A stretch of 64,000 nucleotides of DNA, taken from NCBI GenBank assembly GCA_965249955.1, contig OZ252261.1, positions 852,852 to 916,851 on the forward strand, given 5' to 3'. Of this stretch, positions 30,201 to 39,055 are shown piece by piece. Below the pieces are notes generated by a model. That model made no database searches and was not told the DNA's origin. It saw only the letters and a list, made by a program, of their open reading frames with translations. The position numbers were made by a program, and so were the translations under genes. Every line of letters starts with the position of its first letter. Within the stretch, counting starts at the first letter, position 1. Source of the stretch: Bacteroidia bacterium (lineage in GTDB: Bacteria; Bacteroidota; Bacteroidia; UBA8524).

Positions 30201-30470
30201 GAGTATGTGATGCTTGAAGTGCCCATACCCGCAGGTTTTAGCTACCGTAGCAAACTGCAAAGCAGCCGCTACAACGAGATTTATCGCGAGTATTTTGAAG
30301 ATAAAGTATCGATGTTTTTTGGCAACTTACCCAGCGGGCACTACACATTTACAATAGAGCTTTTACCACAATTTAAGGGAGAAGCTACTTTATTACCCGC
30401 CCGTGCCGAAGAAATGTATTTTCCTATGAATAGCGGAAACAATACCAAACGCACCGTGGTAGTAAAATAG
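24231..30470 (+). CDS. Giant secreted alpha-2-macroglobulin-family protein (2079 aa) with a central CarboxypepD_reg plus TonB-plug-like module and a C-terminal A2M/thioester region
   Basis: Signal peptide (likely start MKLKTT at 24237). Residues about 1236-1420 resemble CarboxypepD_reg (LRGLVKDAQTNEELIGVSLQIEGTTVGIATDIDGSYRF) and a plug (AYYIDGVRV). Thioester-type motif YGCVEQ at nt 29214-29225. The downstream A2M receptor-like region is rich in Leu/Ala. Confidence 0.65.
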   Translation: MCMKLKTTALLTLLLLFTTAQLKAQAPTTEGSEYTYLYKLNKEQVRWMIDSPWVSLNNWVFTNVVDSVRHKKRETLNFKNHPKGYYISYNTHHLAITTNLHIEQQFFPTVQETNGQWWFIMRDTLQNIIKNGTLTLIKNKQTKGDTVFTYDSSCMCYPVPKQVKHQWFLFEADGQFYYMHMNSPYQKAKRKWWKFWKRNRKNRSSGGSYGYGKPRIGRRILYTITHPFRKKWTLMSADPGYMVTNQPKYKHGDTLKMKAFLVNRKGKPFKKNMELLMVTLGKNGYGQDTVLRTTLKPSPAGAYTYEMAIPDSFIIDRNYTLLINRKRRTYEQITFKVEQYELNKITYTWEDKKQEYYRGNSIFFYAKAIDANNLPVPDATVHLKLHIQNINTIYDTLIKLHDTVFRSYFDTTLQCSPDGLTPIELPGHLIPNADITVTGEMFFTNADNKPGYQSHYFNILANTQRYYLMQDSNGLRSGYLVQGKDQRGKTATWRVNYHEGYYKDKKITLPYYHNWEAGARSYALLDSAGTRTLANYQMPANPPKAPSFTIDKQYDSVYISLENPLGLEVAWRIYDNDDELLTKGAGATLSYSKKLKGTKPVRVRYSYSWAGNFYTFETVGWRKEKQLTVKIEHPELVFPGQTIPVDITVTNYKNKPAKNVNLTAYSVNTEFDNIPVPNMPYYGKSYGSKLQKRMLNYPSSWVNSRQNSFIIKGELFYKLQLYKHPYYRLLYNSNAIGIEHDSLANNKTQLTVNVHSDMHSAGDYYALWIDDELVYLHFSQSIPNAFRVSVGKHNIKVRAYEYMYELNDIECVAGMRTLVGINGDSAYNNTHIKRTKLDKTGLTKEEKQAYNPNNQKTLFIGSQNSNYYHKLQNTYLRQGDKTYKLSNFPSSNYYVQHHYYTPVGPFTEGEVEFIIPNDTAFSFYFNPRFMYLYNGKSLNPHKESYSEIIVSNLSSQHRFADTATEIPAPIVKKEEPKTNTIIHYQSKNPLTHPAIRDYYPYEYAPAQTNKYPFTTYINKHGAPARMWFFNQDSLQYSLIKNSMGSGAQNNLIPGNYTIVMFTDTNSYKILYNVAIDSAYRYFYRPTLDYYQAFDSTVLLPYIAQVKYLNRGPIPPFYNTPVKVDVRLDTEPSKQSEKLIGEFTVNGRHINNALIVVEDGKGHYINGGLSNQYGFYQIPLNVGTYTLKIYTPQWDMFYVENVSISRGNNTIANINVSNYTAQIANNDYNYLPAQQRNPQPTSTGRQPNYNNSVKGNCTNNCGELRGLVKDAQTNEELIGVSLQIEGTTVGIATDIDGSYRFSNISEGKHNIIVKYIGYQTQKIANVWVAKGQTTTLNILLRPNIVEVAEVAITSDKERYKIDADEVYNSPSYSNTESVQNIPMRSVNSLSATLYSQASFRGARTSGTAYYIDGVRVLGDITVGDEQLDDIALIERQQENQRLLQMLGDSTAMRNRKEFRDYGFWVPNLTTNRKGKAGFSVRLPDNQTQWATFVPAMDGRKQTGLGTSYIKAYKPITANLSLPRFMVAGDKLQITGKTVNYTADSVVLNALLRVNDSTLYNSPMGVRYFELISQFLQLSKAGTYSLQYSVKMENGYTDGDIRQLKVLENGLLINEGETRTLEGSVNLTLAPQQGHINRQVLLSNRKAELLLAEINQLKSYQYGCVEQTASKLKALLLEKQFQTALSVEFSGEKQIKNCINRLEKFQNKNGSWGWWDKSPTDNFMTIYAADALTRAQKAGYSTNAGLTAAHYLYNNYHTLSIPQRLDAVALLTGIKYGGDIAQKQIMLDKLNLTLQERLMALRNRQLMGQKVNTDTVLKSVRNISATQAAWGEKLFSIYVNELQTSAIAYEILRHEGGHETLLKKVRNYFLSQSPTQRNTIQSATLLQTFLQDIVDEDAKRNELVPILTLNGKVDKRPSIKLELADDETLTIDKQGSELFYLYAWKKFVANPVAAANTFKINTRLLQNQHISDTVEAGKPVTLQIDISLPKDREYVMLEVPIPAGFSYRSKLQSSRYNEIYREYFEDKVSMFFGNLPSGHYTFTIELLPQFKGEATLLPARAEEMYFPMNSGNNTKRTVVVK

Positions 30471-30746
30471 CATTTATTTGCCTATTACCATAAAAAGCCC
30501 TTAATCTTCAAACCAGCCATTTACCATTTTTTTCACAGCACAAGCACCCGTAATTTTCTGCCAAAACTGTTATTCTAAAAAGCTATTTACAAGATAAAAC
30601 TATATGCGGGATAAGAAAAACACCCACTTATATAAAAGCAATTTCATGTTTTTTAAAATACACAGTATCTTTACCCCCTTATAGTACCCTAAGTTTGTAC
30701 TATAAAAAGTGTGCAACCGTTTGTTGGCAGTAAGTTTTTATAACAT

Positions 30747-33700
30747 TTGAATAGAGTAATAGTATATACGCTTTTACTAGGATTTGCTTTACTTGGCTTA
30801 TCGGCAGAGGCACAAATTTTCAGTTACAAAAAGTACGACATTGAAAATAGTGCTGCCGATGGAGACATACAACAAGTACAGCAAGACCATAGTGGTGCTA
30901 TATGGTGGGTAAACGACGAAAGTTTTACTCGCTTTAATGGCATTATATACCAATCGGTTAGTTACAGCGGCATTGCTGCCGACTATCGCAACACCTTTAC
31001 CTATATTGATAACCACGGCGATTTATGGCTGTGCGCCACAAAAAACAAAAAAATTGACATTTATGGATACAAGGCCAAGTGGGAGCACTTAAGCACTTTT
31101 GTAGCCAATGAAAACGAAGAAGTACTTAGCTTTTATGCCACAAAAATTAGTGGCAAAACATGGGTAATACTATCTACCAATCAGCGCATTCTTACTTGGG
31201 ACAACGGCAAGTGGAATGAGATGTTTTTGGATGAATCATCAACCATACATCAGGTAGTAGCATCAGGAAATATAATATACATACATACCAATAAGGGTTT
31301 ATACATTACCCGACACGGTAAAAACCCCTACCGCCTTGAGTTTTCTGATGAGATAACACAAAACATTAAAGCCCTTCACCTGTACGAGAATATTTGGCTT
31401 AATGGTGCTGAACCACAATTGTGGATACTAACAGATAATATGATTGGCTATGTAAAAAACAATATTTTATATGGCAAAACCCTGTACGACAACAGTAAGT
31501 ACAACTTTACCCAACTGTGCAACAATGGCTTAGGTGCTATATACCTGCTAAACAAAGAAAATGAAATTTGGCAGCTAGATTTAACTACCAATCAGTTTGA
31601 AAAAATAGAAGGTATTGATGATAACGGCAAGATAAAAGAAGCCGTGAACCAACTGTTTGTTGACCGTGAAAACAACTTGTGGATAGCCGTTGATGACGGG
31701 CTAATAAAAACAGCCAACCAAAGCATCAGTTTCATCACAAAAAAACAAGGTATAAACGGGCTTCCCGTACAAGCCGTAGCCCGTGCCGGCAAAAGCATTA
31801 TAGCAGCAGGCCCCAAAGGGCTTAATGTTTTGTACGACGAAAAAAACATACAATTTTTCCCTTTTGAAGAAAAAGGACTTATAAACCCCCGCCAGCAAAT
31901 ACACCAACTAAAAGCCGATAGCTTTGGCAACGTATGGCTACTAAGCAACACACAAGGGCTTTGGTATACAAACAACTACATCAATTGGCAGCAAATTGGC
32001 AACCAATTAAACATATTAGCCTTTGAAGTAAACAAAAAAGGAAAAATATTTACAGTAAGCAATGCAGGCTTGTTTGAAGCAATGCCCGATGGGTTAGTGC
32101 TTATTACTCCATTACCGCAAGGGGTAAAAGCGCACAACATTGTATGGCACAACAATGCACTATTGCTTTTGGCCAACAATGGTATTTACCGCCTTAATGG
32201 AAAAAAATGGGAAAAACTGGTAGAGGAAAACGGCAAAACCTTTACAGTAAACACATACGCCCTAGAAAAAGTATACGATAACCTAGCTATACTAGGCACA
32301 GAAAGAGGCATATACTACCTAAAAGAGTTTGACCTTGTAAAATACTCAAACGATACCATTTGGGGCAACCGCCCTTATTATGGCATTGCCATTGATAAAA
32401 AAGGTTCGGTTTGGTTAGCCTCAGATACCGGTATAGTGGTGATGGAGAAAAAAGGAGCACCCCGCATATTTGCCTACAAAGGGATGCAGTTTGCCCCACA
32501 TTTTAGCAGCCCCTTAACCACAGGTTTTAACGGCAACGTATGGGTTGGGCTTCGCAGAGGGCTAATGCTGTATCGCCCCGATTACGAAAAGCAATCCGTA
32601 AACAAGCCTATGCTTGTGATTAGCAGAGTAGAATCGAGAGAAGTATCGGCTGCTGATTTCAACTCCTCATCTACCCTTAGTCTTGAAAGTGACGATAACG
32701 ACATCACTTTTTATTTTGATGCCAATAGCTTTATTGATGAAGGCAAAAACAAAATACTATACAAACTTGAAGGCTATCTGCTTGATTGGGAAGAATTGGT
32801 AAACATCAACTCTAACTCAATTAGCTTCAAAAACCTACCGGCGGGGCAGTACACCTTAAAAATGCAACTGATAAACGCCAACGGTATTGCAGGCAACATT
32901 GTATCAAGCCCCGTAATAAGCATTAACAAACCTTTTTATAGCCAATGGTGGTTTTATGTAGTTGTTATAGCTACATTTTTTGGCGTATCGTTTGCCATAT
33001 TTTACCTATACGGGCAAAAGAAATTTGAAAACGATTTATTACTTGAAGTTGATAAACGCAGCCGCGAGCTTCGCTCATCAGAAGACAGATTCCGTACCCT
33101 GTGGGAAAACACTTCTGATGCACTTGTACTATACAACCTACGCGGCGAAATAATAATATACAACCAAACCTTTTTGGGGCTTATTGGCCACACCGAAGAA
33201 AACCTTGCAGGCAAAAAAATACACGAACTATTTAGTATAGCCGACGAAGAACTTAGCGAAAAAGAATTTAGGCACAACCTTGAAACCCAACAGCTAAAAC
33301 CACGTTTTGAATTAAAAGTCAGCTCAAAAATTGAAAAAAGCGAGGATAAAGTATTAGAGTTTTCAAATACATATTTGCTACTGCCCAACGAAAAAACATG
33401 GGTAATGCTATCGCTAATACGCAATATCACCCAACGCAAACAAACCGAAGAAAACCTTATTGCAGCTAAAAACGAGGCCGAACAAGCATCGCGAGTAAAA
33501 AGTGCATTTTTGGCTACCATGAGCCACGAGATACGCACACCACTTAATGCCATTATAGGCATGAGCTCGGTGATGCGAAACACACCACTATCATCAGAAC
33601 AACTTAATTATATAAATGCTATAAAAACCAGTAGCGACTCGCTATTATCACTGGTAAGTAACATTCTCGATTTTTCTAAAATAGAAGCGGGAATGATGAT

Positions 33701-35045
33701 GATAGAAAAAACCGAAATATCGGTAGAAGATTGTATAGCCGAAACCATAGAAATATTGGGCAACCTTGCCAACGAAAAAGGCGTTTACCTTTACTACCGC
33801 ATACATCCTGATGTACCTGTAAAAATAATATCAGATAAAACCCGCTTGCGCCAAGTACTTATTAACCTTGTTGGCAACGCCATTAAGTTTACTGAGACCG
33901 GCTATATAGAAATTGCTGTAAAACCCGACGCTAACCACCAACTTAAACTAAGCGTAACCGATACAGGTATAGGCATACCAAAAGGCAAAATAAACAGCCT
34001 GTTTAAAGTATTTACACAAGCCGACGACAGTACTACCCGCAAATATGGAGGCACAGGGCTTGGCTTGGCCATTACCGATAGATTGGTAAACCTATTGGGC
34101 GGACATATTAAAGTGGCTTCGCAAGAAGGAAAAGGATCACAATTTAGTTTTAGCATAAAAGACTTCTCTAAAGTTAAAAATACACCGCGCAGAGGTGAAA
34201 CATTGCGCAAATACCCTGATTTAGAATTGGTATTGGTATCGCCCGATAAAATTGTGGGGCATATATTTAAACTGTTAAACGACGAAAGAGGTATAAAAAC
34301 CCATATAGTATCAAACCTTGCCGATACGGTGCAGTATTTACCACAAGCAGCAGTAGTATTAATTGATGCTGAACATATTACACCTGCCCAAATGCCCAAG
34401 CAATTGGAGGAAAGCGAACTACTAATAATAAAACGTAACCTAAAAAAACTACCTCCTATGGTTGAAAAACTATTTGGGGGTGATAGGTACAAAACCCTAA
34501 GCATACCCATTGGCGCACAAATGTATCAGCGCGTGCTTGAAAGCGCCCTTCGTAAAACACCGGTTACCCCAACATCAAACGGCTCAACCGCTGCTATAAA
34601 ACCCAACTCAAAATCAGCTGAGCCTAAAAAAGAAAATCAACCCAAATTTGGCGATGATATGCCACTAAAAATATTGGTTGTTGATGATAATAAGGTGAAT
34701 TTGATGATGATGGAGGTGATAATGAAAAACTTAGGCTACACAGTAGATTTTGCCGGCAATGGAAAAGAAGCAGTAGGCAAGTGTGCTGAAAACGAATATC
34801 AGTTGGTATTTATGGATGTGCAAATGCCTGAGATGGACGGTATTGAAGCTACCCAAATGATAAAGGCCGAAAACAAAAGCGAATTGCCTGCCATAGTTGC
34901 ACTTACAGCCAATGCCTTTCCTGAAGATAAACAAGCTTGCCTTGATGCGGGCATGATAGACTTTTTACCCAAGCCTGTTACTATGGATACTATAAAAGAG
35001 CTTATCACCAAGCTGTATAGCAAAATAAGTGAAATAGTAGACTAA
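30747..35045 (+). CDS. Hybrid sensor histidine kinase/response regulator: periplasmic beta-propeller/Y_Y_Y-type sensor, TM, PAS, HisKA, HATPase_c and a C-terminal receiver. It has no DNA-binding output domain.
   Basis: SHEIRTPLNAIIGMS (H-box); GIGIP...GGTGLGLAI (G-boxes); C-terminal ILVVDDNKVN...FMDVQMPEMDG receiver; TM helix WWFYVVVIATFFGVSFAIFYLYG; 1432 aa. Confidence 0.8.
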   Translation: MNRVIVYTLLLGFALLGLSAEAQIFSYKKYDIENSAADGDIQQVQQDHSGAIWWVNDESFTRFNGIIYQSVSYSGIAADYRNTFTYIDNHGDLWLCATKNKKIDIYGYKAKWEHLSTFVANENEEVLSFYATKISGKTWVILSTNQRILTWDNGKWNEMFLDESSTIHQVVASGNIIYIHTNKGLYITRHGKNPYRLEFSDEITQNIKALHLYENIWLNGAEPQLWILTDNMIGYVKNNILYGKTLYDNSKYNFTQLCNNGLGAIYLLNKENEIWQLDLTTNQFEKIEGIDDNGKIKEAVNQLFVDRENNLWIAVDDGLIKTANQSISFITKKQGINGLPVQAVARAGKSIIAAGPKGLNVLYDEKNIQFFPFEEKGLINPRQQIHQLKADSFGNVWLLSNTQGLWYTNNYINWQQIGNQLNILAFEVNKKGKIFTVSNAGLFEAMPDGLVLITPLPQGVKAHNIVWHNNALLLLANNGIYRLNGKKWEKLVEENGKTFTVNTYALEKVYDNLAILGTERGIYYLKEFDLVKYSNDTIWGNRPYYGIAIDKKGSVWLASDTGIVVMEKKGAPRIFAYKGMQFAPHFSSPLTTGFNGNVWVGLRRGLMLYRPDYEKQSVNKPMLVISRVESREVSAADFNSSSTLSLESDDNDITFYFDANSFIDEGKNKILYKLEGYLLDWEELVNINSNSISFKNLPAGQYTLKMQLINANGIAGNIVSSPVISINKPFYSQWWFYVVVIATFFGVSFAIFYLYGQKKFENDLLLEVDKRSRELRSSEDRFRTLWENTSDALVLYNLRGEIIIYNQTFLGLIGHTEENLAGKKIHELFSIADEELSEKEFRHNLETQQLKPRFELKVSSKIEKSEDKVLEFSNTYLLLPNEKTWVMLSLIRNITQRKQTEENLIAAKNEAEQASRVKSAFLATMSHEIRTPLNAIIGMSSVMRNTPLSSEQLNYINAIKTSSDSLLSLVSNILDFSKIEAGMMMIEKTEISVEDCIAETIEILGNLANEKGVYLYYRIHPDVPVKIISDKTRLRQVLINLVGNAIKFTETGYIEIAVKPDANHQLKLSVTDTGIGIPKGKINSLFKVFTQADDSTTRKYGGTGLGLAITDRLVNLLGGHIKVASQEGKGSQFSFSIKDFSKVKNTPRRGETLRKYPDLELVLVSPDKIVGHIFKLLNDERGIKTHIVSNLADTVQYLPQAAVVLIDAEHITPAQMPKQLEESELLIIKRNLKKLPPMVEKLFGGDRYKTLSIPIGAQMYQRVLESALRKTPVTPTSNGSTAAIKPNSKSAEPKKENQPKFGDDMPLKILVVDDNKVNLMMMEVIMKNLGYTVDFAGNGKEAVGKCAENEYQLVFMDVQMPEMDGIEATQMIKAENKSELPAIVALTANAFPEDKQACLDAGMIDFLPKPVTMDTIKELITKLYSKISEIVD

Positions 35046-35157
35046 TCTTAGCGCAAAATCATTCTTATTTTTTTACTAAAACAATTGTAAACACAGGGTG
35101 TTTGATTGATAGTAAAAAACAAAAAACGCATAGTATAGTAAACTGAAAAGTAAACAT

Positions 35158-35165
35158 TAAATTTG
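35158..35165 (+). promoter_or_regulatory. Candidate -7 promoter box TAAATTTG (TAnnTTTG) 32 nt upstream of the gcvP ATG
   Basis: Read directly. Confidence 0.35.
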
Positions 35166-35196
35166 TGCAATTTTTTAAAAACTAACAAGTATTAGT

Positions 35197-38100
35197 ATGT
35201 CGCTTCCCCTAGAACACTACGATAGGTTTCAAAACCGCCACAACGGTTCTGATAGCCAAGAATTAGCTAAAATGCTAGAAACCGTTGGCGTAACATCTAT
35301 AGATCAACTGATAGATGAAACCGTACCTGCGGCCATACGCTCGCCAAAACCATTAAACTTGCGCCCTGCTATGGGCGAGTACGAGTTTTTAAACGCTTTG
35401 CGCCGCATTGGGGGGCAAAACCAATTGTTTAAAACCTATATAGGTATGGGGTACTACAATACCCACACACCACACGTAATACTGCGAAACATTACCGAAA
35501 ACCCGGGGTGGTACACTGCCTACACGCCCTACCAAGCCGAAATTGCACAAGGCCGTTTAGAAGCCCTTATCAATTTCCAAACAATGGTAATGGATTTAAC
35601 AGGTATGGAAATTGCAAACGCATCGCTATTGGACGAGGCTACTGCCGCTGCCGAAGCAATGCACATGTGTATTGACCTTAAACCAAAAACACAAGGCAAT
35701 AAACTATTTGTTGATGCTGAAACCTTTCCACAAACAATAGATTTGCTTCGTACCCGTTCTACTCCCTTAGGTGTTGAATTGGTTATTGGCGATTACAATT
35801 CGTTTGAACCTACCGAACAATATTTGGGCATTGTGCTACAATACCCCAACAACAGTGGCGAAATACAAAACTACAGAACCATAGCTGAAAAAGCCCATGC
35901 AGTAGGCGCTAGGGTTATAGCCGTTGCCGATTTATTAGCTCTAACCCTTATTACCCCTCCGGGCGAGTGGGGTGCTGATATAGTTGTAGGCACATCGCAA
36001 CGTTTTGGTGTTCCTTTGGGCTACGGAGGCCCACACGCAGGTTACCTTGCCACCAAAGAAGATTTTAAACGCAGTATGCCCGGCCGCATTATAGGTGTAT
36101 CAATAGATGCACAAGGACAAACGGCATACCGTATGGCTTTGCAAACGCGTGAGCAACATATAAAACGCGAAAAAGCCACCAGTAATATATGTACTGCACA
36201 AGTGCTATTATCTATAATGGCAGGTATGTATGCCGTGTATCATGGCCCTGAGGGTTTAAAGAAAATCGCACAAAAAACACACGCACAAACACAGTTGCTG
36301 GCTAAAACCCTTGAAAAATTTGGGGTAAAAAACACCACTGCCAACTACTTTGATACACTTCGCCTTGAAGGTTTTGATGTAGCCAAACTACGTGCAATGG
36401 CTGAGGTTGACGAGCTTAACCTTCGCTATTTTGAAGATAAAACAGTAGGTATTTCTTTAGACGAAACTACCACATTAGAAGATGTTCAAAAACTGGCCGA
36501 CCTTTTTGCAAAAGCCACCGCACACAACCATACTATTGATGTAACTACAGTAGCTAATGATATAAATATACATTGGGATAAAGCCCATGTGCGCACTAGC
36601 GGATACCTTACTCACCCTGTATTTAACAGCTTCCATACCGAGCATGAAATGTTGCGCTATATCAAACGTTTAGAGTCGAAAGACTTATCGTTGGTACACA
36701 GCATGATTTCGTTAGGCTCGTGCACAATGAAATTAAACGCTACTACCGAGATGATACCCATCACTTGGCCTGAGTTTAACCAATTGCACCCCTTCGTTCC
36801 TGTATCGCAAGCACGCGGTTACACACAAGTATTTACTGAACTTGAAAGCTACCTAGCCGAAATTACAGGTTTTGCAGCCACATCATTACAACCCAATGCA
36901 GGCGCACAAGGCGAGTATGCAGGTTTGATGGTAATACGCGAGTACTTTAAATCTCGCGGTGAAAACCACCGTAATATCGCTCTTATACCCGCATCAGCAC
37001 ACGGAACCAACCCCGCCAGTGCAGTTATGGCAGGTATGAAGGTGGTAGTAACCAAAACTGACGAAGACGGCAACATAAATTTTGACGATTTGAAGGAAAA
37101 AGCCGAAATGTACAAAGACACATTGGCTTGCCTTATGGTTACCTACCCAAGTACACACGGTGTGTTTGAAGAATCTATAAAAGATATTACAGCACTAATA
37201 CACCAAAACGGTGGACAGGTGTATATGGATGGTGCCAACATGAATGCCCAAGTGGGACTAACCAGCCCAGGTATGATTGGCGCTGATGTTTGCCACCTAA
37301 ACTTGCACAAAACCTTCTGCATTCCTCACGGTGGTGGTGGCCCAGGTATGGGTCCTATTTGTGTGGCCGAGCACTTAAAACCATTTTTACCCGGCCATAG
37401 TGTTATAAAAACAGGCGGCGAAAACGCTATTACAGCAATATCGGCAGCACCTTGGGGTAGCGCAAGCATATTGCTTATATCGTACGCATACATACGCCTA
37501 ATGGGTGGTGATGGGCTAACCAATGCTACTAAATGGGCTATTTTTAACGCCAACTATATAGCCAAACGCCTTGAAGGACACTACGATGTGCTATACAAAG
37601 GCAAAAACGGACGTTGCGCCCACGAGATGATTTTAGATACCCGCCACTTTAAACAAACATCGGGTGTTGAGGCTACTGATATAGCAAAACGTTTAATGGA
37701 TTACGGCTACCATGCCCCAACCATGTCATTCCCTGTAGCAAACACTATAATGGTAGAACCTACTGAAAGCGAAACCAAAGCCGAGCTGGATAGGTTTATT
37801 GATGCCATGATACACATACGCAACGAGATTGTTGAGATTGAAGAAGGCAACGCCGAAAAAGATAACAATGTACTAAAACATGCGCCACACACTGCCGATT
37901 TGGTGATGAGTGACAAATGGGATAGGCCTTATAGCCGCGAACGTGCCGTATACCCTACTGAGTGGGTGCGCCACAACAAGTTTTGGCCTGCGGTGAGCCG
38001 TGTGGACAATACCTATGGCGACCGTAACCTTATGTGTGCTTGCCCTCCAATGGAAAACTACATGGAAGAAAACGAGCCCGAAGCCGTTAGCATGAATTAA
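35197..38100 (+). CDS. gcvP: Glycine dehydrogenase (decarboxylating), glycine cleavage system P protein
   Basis: 967 aa; conserved GcvP N-terminus and PLP-binding region ([19 protein letters not shown]). Confidence 0.9.
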   Translation: MSLPLEHYDRFQNRHNGSDSQELAKMLETVGVTSIDQLIDETVPAAIRSPKPLNLRPAMGEYEFLNALRRIGGQNQLFKTYIGMGYYNTHTPHVILRNITENPGWYTAYTPYQAEIAQGRLEALINFQTMVMDLTGMEIANASLLDEATAAAEAMHMCIDLKPKTQGNKLFVDAETFPQTIDLLRTRSTPLGVELVIGDYNSFEPTEQYLGIVLQYPNNSGEIQNYRTIAEKAHAVGARVIAVADLLALTLITPPGEWGADIVVGTSQRFGVPLGYGGPHAGYLATKEDFKRSMPGRIIGVSIDAQGQTAYRMALQTREQHIKREKATSNICTAQVLLSIMAGMYAVYHGPEGLKKIAQKTHAQTQLLAKTLEKFGVKNTTANYFDTLRLEGFDVAKLRAMAEVDELNLRYFEDKTVGISLDETTTLEDVQKLADLFAKATAHNHTIDVTTVANDINIHWDKAHVRTSGYLTHPVFNSFHTEHEMLRYIKRLESKDLSLVHSMISLGSCTMKLNATTEMIPITWPEFNQLHPFVPVSQARGYTQVFTELESYLAEITGFAATSLQPNAGAQGEYAGLMVIREYFKSRGENHRNIALIPASAHGTNPASAVMAGMKVVVTKTDEDGNINFDDLKEKAEMYKDTLACLMVTYPSTHGVFEESIKDITALIHQNGGQVYMDGANMNAQVGLTSPGMIGADVCHLNLHKTFCIPHGGGGPGMGPICVAEHLKPFLPGHSVIKTGGENAITAISAAPWGSASILLISYAYIRLMGGDGLTNATKWAIFNANYIAKRLEGHYDVLYKGKNGRCAHEMILDTRHFKQTSGVEATDIAKRLMDYGYHAPTMSFPVANTIMVEPTESETKAELDRFIDAMIHIRNEIVEIEEGNAEKDNNVLKHAPHTADLVMSDKWDRPYSRERAVYPTEWVRHNKFWPAVSRVDNTYGDRNLMCACPPMENYMEENEPEAVSMN

Positions 38101-38125
38101 TCTTTTTAAAAAACACCACAATAAT

Positions 38126-38157
38126 CAGCCCCTTAACCGTAGGTTAAGGGGCTTTTT
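38126..38157 (+). terminator. Rho-independent terminator CAGCCCCTTAACC-GTAG-GTTAAGGGGC plus T6
   Basis: Read directly, 25 bp after the gcvP stop. Confidence 0.8.
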
Positions 38158-38246
38158 TATGAAATTTAATATCTATTCTGGTAAAGAATGAAAAAGGAGG
38201 TGCAAATAGCAGAAGCTAAAGGTATATGCTTAGTAACTTGAAAACC

Positions 38247-38274
38247 CTAAATGATAAATGTTTAATGCCAAATG
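38247..38274 (-). repeat. Heptad tract H2 (mRNA sense CATTTGG CATTAAA CATTTAT CATTTAG), starting 3 nt after the stop of the DinB-like gene
   Basis: Read directly; same class as 2734-2768, 53005-53032, 54154-54188 and 61273-61300. Confidence 0.7.
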
Positions 38275-38277
38275 GCA

Positions 38278-38826
38278 TTAACCTCTCTGTTTTAATACAT
38301 TTAGTGCTTGGCGGTGGTGGCGTATTTCGTGTTTGCTTAGTATAGCCAAAGTATCTGCCAATGAATAGCGAATAACTTTTGATACGGGTGATGGTATTTT
38401 TTGTGTGGCATCAGCTTCCAATATCTTGTGCATATAATCAAGCAACTGCTCCTGACTTTGCTCAAACCGACGAATTAAAGTAGGTATTTCAACCGTTGGC
38501 TGAGGCCTAAATATTTTTTGGGTTTTACTTTTGCGTTTCTCCATTTGGTCAGGGTCAACAGCATTGTATATAATCTTACCCCAAAAAGTAGGCTTATACT
38601 GCTTCTGGTTGTTATTTTTATTGCTTTGTACAGCTAATTTTTGATCAAAAATAGGATAATACCTTCCGTTACTCACTACAATATGCTCCACACACTGTGC
38701 AGCACTCCATCTATCGGCAGTGGGTTTCCAAAGCAGCTCTTTGTGGCTATGTAACAGATTTTTTATATCCTCATCAACCTGTTTCAAATCAACAATAGCT
38801 TGCTGTATGCGTTGCTCAAAATTCAT
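38278..38826 (-). CDS. DinB/YfiT-like (DinB_2) four-helix-bundle metal-dependent protein
   Basis: Size (182 aa), conserved His pattern (HI...H...H) and C-terminal HxxHHRQ, typical of the DinB_2 family; moderate confidence. Confidence 0.55.
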   Translation of the reverse strand: MNFEQRIQQAIVDLKQVDEDIKNLLHSHKELLWKPTADRWSAAQCVEHIVVSNGRYYPIFDQKLAVQSNKNNNQKQYKPTFWGKIIYNAVDPDQMEKRKSKTQKIFRPQPTVEIPTLIRRFEQSQEQLLDYMHKILEADATQKIPSPVSKVIRYSLADTLAILSKHEIRHHRQALNVLKQRG

Positions 38827-38964
38827 AGGAGTATTTACAAATATAATTGCTTTAGGCTTTAATGTTTGGTTGCTTGCCCTGCCAATATATCAAACCGGCA
38901 ACAACAAAATGATTGGCAATGTTTACTTCTTTAGTAACGAACAAGCCCTGCAAAATACTTTAAA

Positions 38965-38996
38965 CCCCCTGCTTCAAATTAATTTGAAGCAGGGGG
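38965..38996. terminator. Hairpin with 14-bp stem CCCCCTGCTTCAAA-TTAA-TTTGAAGCAGGGGG. Likely terminator of the minus-strand LysM gene, and could act bidirectionally.
   Basis: Read directly; U-rich on the minus-strand side. Confidence 0.6.
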
Positions 38997-39055
38997 TTAT
39001 ACCTTTTAAAGAAAGAAAGTTTATACTAACTAATGGTGAGTATAAGGGTTGTTTT

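Noticed and set aside
33002-33583. Long antisense ORFs inside large genes (for example 33002-33583, 33902-34510, 47707-48165, 46939-47406, 39826-40382, 49559-50494, 62091-62846).
   Set aside because: They fully overlap well-supported genes on the opposite strand, have low-complexity or biased composition, and have no family resemblance. They are shadow ORFs.
35046-35196. A glycine riboswitch upstream of gcvP.
   Set aside because: The 150-nt leader is AT-rich and lacks the GGAGAG / ACCGAAGGGGCAA-type conserved cores. It has only a -7 promoter box.
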